A stretch of 35,028 nucleotides of DNA from Klebsormidium nitens (Eukaryota > Plantae > Klebsormidiophyceae). The DNA lies in the NCBI GenBank assembly GCA_000708835.1, contig DF237718.1, positions 1 to 35,028 of the forward strand, written 5' to 3'. The notes under the pieces are model-generated. The model had not been told where the DNA came from and ran no database searches. It saw only the letters and a program-made list of their open reading frames with translations. Position 1 is the stretch's first letter. Each line of letters starts with the position of its first letter. Of this stretch, positions 31,406 to 35,028 are shown in pieces. A program made the position numbers and the translations under genes.

Positions 31406-33496
31406 TTAAGCGCTGAGCGCCAGGATGTACTCGTTCTCAGAGTCCTCGTTGGGGAAGATACGCTTGTCGGCGGCAATGACGCGGCGCTGCATCTGCCCGG
31501 TGACCTCGCGGTAGCTGCGGGTTCCTCCCACCAGGGCCAGGAAGCTCTCGGGGCGGTAGTCGGAGTGCACGTTGCCGATGACCATGATCTGGCCTGCAGG
31601 AAGGTGACGTCATACCTTGCGTCAGAACGGTGACATAAGAGTGAAGAGTCTTCTGGGTACAGTAGGGAGGCGAAGGAAGCTATGTTAGGGATCTGTTTGA
31701 AGGAACATAAGGGAAAGGAGGGACGTCTGGGTTCCGGAGCTTAAGTTCCTCGTGACGTGGCACCACTAGTAGTTCTAGATAGCTTAAGTGGGAAATTGCG
31801 GATTGGAAGAGCAACTCTGCAGAACTATATTTGGAAGGATGAACTGTTCAAGATTGATCAAAATTCAATGTTGCGGCTCAGATTGACCGTCTTGACTCCA
31901 TTGATCAGGTCCCTGATTTCTTCCCAGATGCTCAGCAAAGCGATCGTTCCGCGTTGAACATCTCTTGAACCATCTCAGAAAGTTTGTTTGTGCGACAAAC
32001 AATTTGAGCCTGTTCTCAAGACTGCTGTTCTGTCATTACGGCAACAAAAATAACATAGCTATTTCACTAGATACTGATCCTAGCTTCGTCAACCAGACTG
32101 CAGGTCCCAGAAAGAAAAGAAAGTCCGAGCCTTGCCTGCGTCGAAGTCGAAGGAGTACTGGCAGTTCTCCACAGAGCCTCCGGGGAAGGCGTTGACCACA
32201 TCGCACTTTCCAGTCACCTGGCCGTAGACGACGCTCTTGTCATAGAAGTCTGAATAGGCGGTGTAGCTGAAGATCTGCGCGCAACAGAAGAGGCACGTCA
32301 GGCAGAAGATCTATGCTTGCAGAAGAAAGGGTCCTCATGTCTGTAGGAAATCCAAGCCAAAAGTGGCAAGACAATCTGTGGGCGGATTGTTTCTCAGACA
32401 ATCGTATAGAGCCACTGGATCTGCAAGTTGGGGCCCCTTTTAGAGCTTCCTCGATTCCTGGTGAAACTTGCCAATGGGCCATGTGGCTTGAAGGGTTTTC
32501 TCTCTGTCATACCCACTCTTGATCAGGACAAAGAGAGGTAACTAAGAGCTAACCCAGTTTAGTTAGCAGGGAGTTTGCTACGTGTCACTCACCCTTGCAG
32601 AGCCGAGCGCATTGGGGTAGTCGCCCTGCTTGAAGGTGGGCCCAACTCCACGGACCCTGATGATCTGGAAACAAAGGAAGATGATTGGTGGTTTGTATTT
32701 CAAGCGGCATCGGGTTCTGAGTTGACCAATGTGCTCGTTGGTCGTTGCAAAGCTTAGAGGAAAAGGTCAGACCACCAGGGTTGCTTTTCAGTGAAGTACT
32801 TGCTTAGCTCTTTACGGAAGAAAGACACCTAGTCAAAGACTGACTCCTGCTTTGTGAGAGCTCTGAGAAAGTAGATTGTTTCTGAGAAACGAGAGCAACC
32901 GGCCAGGTCTTTGAAATCATTCAGGCCTGACGGCATTGGGCTTTCCTATTGAAGGGGAATGTCTAACCACAAATCTCTACTTGACAGAAAACAAAACTTC
33001 TTTCAAGCCATTGCAGTTAGAATGGAGCCAACGAAGAGAAACCCTTGAGGCGCTGGATTGCGGGTCAAGCGACAAATGCTTATTCACAGCTGCCTGGTCA
33101 GAAGTCAGTTGGAGAGTCACTTCAGCAAACAGTGTCTCCGCCAAAGAGGCCTCCATAATGCAGCAGACGTAAGGAATCTACCTGATGACAGCATTCCGCA
33201 CTTAGACCACCAGTACCAAACAGCATTAAAAACACAGTGCTTCCTCGCTAGGGGCACCAACCAACCGCATGACCATTGGCTGCCCTTTCCAGCCTACAAA
33301 CCCATGACCAACCTCCAGCAAGCTTGCAGTCCCCGAAAGAAAGAATGAAGCTTCAGTCCAGTCAGTTTCTCGGTTCTGCCAAAAGGCGGTGGTGAGAAAT
33401 GCTTACCGTCTGCGGTGACGCAGCGAGGGCGAAGGAAGCGACGGCGGCCCCCACAAGGGCGACCAGAAGCAGCGCTGCAACAGTGCGGGAAGCCAT
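31406..33496 (-). CDS. Secreted allene-oxide-cyclase/dirigent-fold beta-barrel protein, 4 exons, 162 aa
   Basis: Exons 33496-33407 (signal peptide MASRTVAALLLVALVGAAVASFALAASPQT), 32664-32593, 32274-32136 and 31593-31406 (TAA); in phase (489 nt). Motifs NALG..IF, YGQVTGKC, CQYSFDFDAGQIMVIG and ESFLALVGGTRSYREVTGQM parallel the AOC pattern NSLGDLVPF / GITAGLC / YSFYFGDYGHLSVQG / DSFLAITGG.GIFEGAYGQV and the dirigent VVGGTG motif (recalled, not searched). Confidence 0.8.
31594..32135 (-). other. GC-AG intron (intron 3 of the barrel-protein gene)
   Basis: Donor GCAG|gcaagg, acceptor ccttcctgcag. A phase-1 join gives FDFDAG-QIMVIG, matching the barrel pattern with no insertion. Confidence 0.7.
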
Positions 33497-33607
33497 GGTG
33501 CTGGGAAGTGGTCGCCGAGAAGAGGGCAGGTGGGCTGCGGATGAGCAAAAGGATGCTGGAGAATGTCAAGGGCAAAAAGAATGCTCGAATCAACGTGAGG
33601 TTCTGCG

Positions 33608-33614
33608 TTTTATA
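33608..33614 (-). promoter_or_regulatory. TATA box of the barrel-protein gene
   Basis: ctataaaa on the minus strand ~115 bp upstream of the ATG, followed by a pyrimidine-rich leader. Confidence 0.55.
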
Positions 33615-35028
33615 GCTGGTAGAAAGCCTTTAAACAGTCTTTCAGTGTCCACTGAACATAGGTGCCTGGGTAGGTGAAGTGTATTACCTAGTCGTGTCAA
33701 GGTATGATCACTAGATAGCTACTAAGCCTAGGCATTGGCGCGCTTTCCACTGGAGTTTCACATTTCCTTGGTAACGGCATGCCCAGACAGTAGTAACTAG
33801 ATCTTGGATGATGTCATGTTCACTGTCGTGGTGGAAACAGTGCTGCGGCTGCAGTGGGCCCTGTCACCAGCCCGTCACCAGTGCAGCTCAGTCGATATCA
33901 GGATTCAGGACTTGGGCGGCGGAATCTAGAATCTACCGTAGGCCAGCTCGTACACAAGGACGTTCGCATTAATACTGTACAAATAGGCTAACAATCTTGT
34001 AAGAATACCTAGTACGTTTCCAGGTCACTTTGCTGATTTACATTAATTTGCTGTTAGGCTGAATAATGCCCTGCCCGCAAACCTCGCTTGCCATTGCTGG
34101 TCAGGATTCCAATTTCCAGTCTGCTCCAGTCTGCTCTAGTCAGTGCTCATTCCCTGTAGCAGGTCCATACGCTATGCATTTACATCCTCAAAACCCGGGA
34201 GTCTCCAATGTCCAGGCGTAGTCAATACGACGGCGGATTAATTCAATGCAGCGTTTCGAGGTCAAGAGTGACGAGTCTGGCGTGACTCGGTTTAGAGCAC
34301 GTAGCACGTATCCGAATCCTGGCAAGTACCGTACATGGTACCGTGACGTCAGATTTGGTACCTCTTTCATACCCTGTGTTCGACACGAGCCGTCAGACAT
34401 ACCGTACCGTAGTGGCCTCCGACGCTATTGAGCTACTCGGTCCTCTCAACCGAGGGGCATTAGAATCAAAAAGCACGGTACACCATCCGTATGGGTGAGA
34501 CAAACGGACGGAGTTGCCGGATTAGGGTTCTGCCGGTTAACTGGACGCCGACAGGTTCGAAAGCTTCTTGTCGAACGCTGCAGTGTTACCGTACGTACGT
34601 TGATTGTACCTCTAGGCTTCGGTCCTTCATTTGTTTTCAGAATTCCCGGTCCTTTCCCGACAAAAGCGCACGATTTTTCGATCAATCAAATCACACGAAG
34701 TTTGAAGGATAAGTTTGAAGGACAGCAACGCTAAACCACAAAGCTTGACCAAAAGTTTTCACAGCCCCCACCCGTGCTTAAAGCCCCTAGCTAACCCTGG
34801 CTAACCCTGCCCGTCCCAGTAAAATTCCTCATGGCGACTGTGATTGGCAGAGCCTGAGAAACGTCAAGCATGTCAAGACTAGGTCCTCGCCCCTCCACGA
34901 TGTCGATCGAAATCAAAATCGCCACTTCATGGGAAGCTGACTTTCCGGAATGCGTGCGGGTAGACCGGTCACCGTAGTTGAGTAAGGGTACCGTCACTTT
35001 GAAGTGGCACCCGGTTAAGGTATTTTAG

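Noticed and set aside
31406-33496. Canonical jasmonate-pathway allene oxide cyclase (AOC) call
   Set aside because: It has a signal peptide rather than a transit peptide and lacks the N-terminal catalytic Glu strand. The fold is shared, but orthology is unsupported, so no gene symbol was given.
34790-34810. Telomere-like ctaaccct repeats
   Set aside because: Only two imperfect copies, and aaccc/gggtt words are common throughout these introns.
34188-35028. ORFs and gtaccg-rich motifs at the window end
   Set aside because: No recognisable domain, consistent splice chain or defined repeat unit.

Overview
Eukaryotic, intron-rich genomic DNA: GT-AG introns, GC3-rich exons and one 373-N scaffold gap. 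Style and gene content suggest a streptophyte green alga such as Klebsormidium (inference, not proven). The ORF track is mostly misleading because the genes are spliced, so I rebuilt them by hand. They are: a partial unknown gene (+, 1.4-3.3 kb); a 133-aa two-exon membrane protein (+); a six-exon steroleosin/HSD1-like SDR spread over 10 kb (-); a seven-exon AKR5-like aldo-keto reductase with an optional hydrophobic N-terminal extension (-); and a four-exon signal-peptide protein with an allene-oxide-cyclase/dirigent-type beta-barrel signature and a GC-AG intron (-). The most striking structure is a set of 'exon-echo' arrays. About 18 decaying copies of real exon/splice-site junctions are stacked in the HSD introns, always on the side that leaves the functional exon intact. 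Divergence increases away from the exon and the spacing is about 125-180 bp. The same ~150-bp period recurs in unrelated arrays at 3.3-4.3 kb and 27.8-28.2 kb. All homology calls come from motif recognition from memory; no searches were run.
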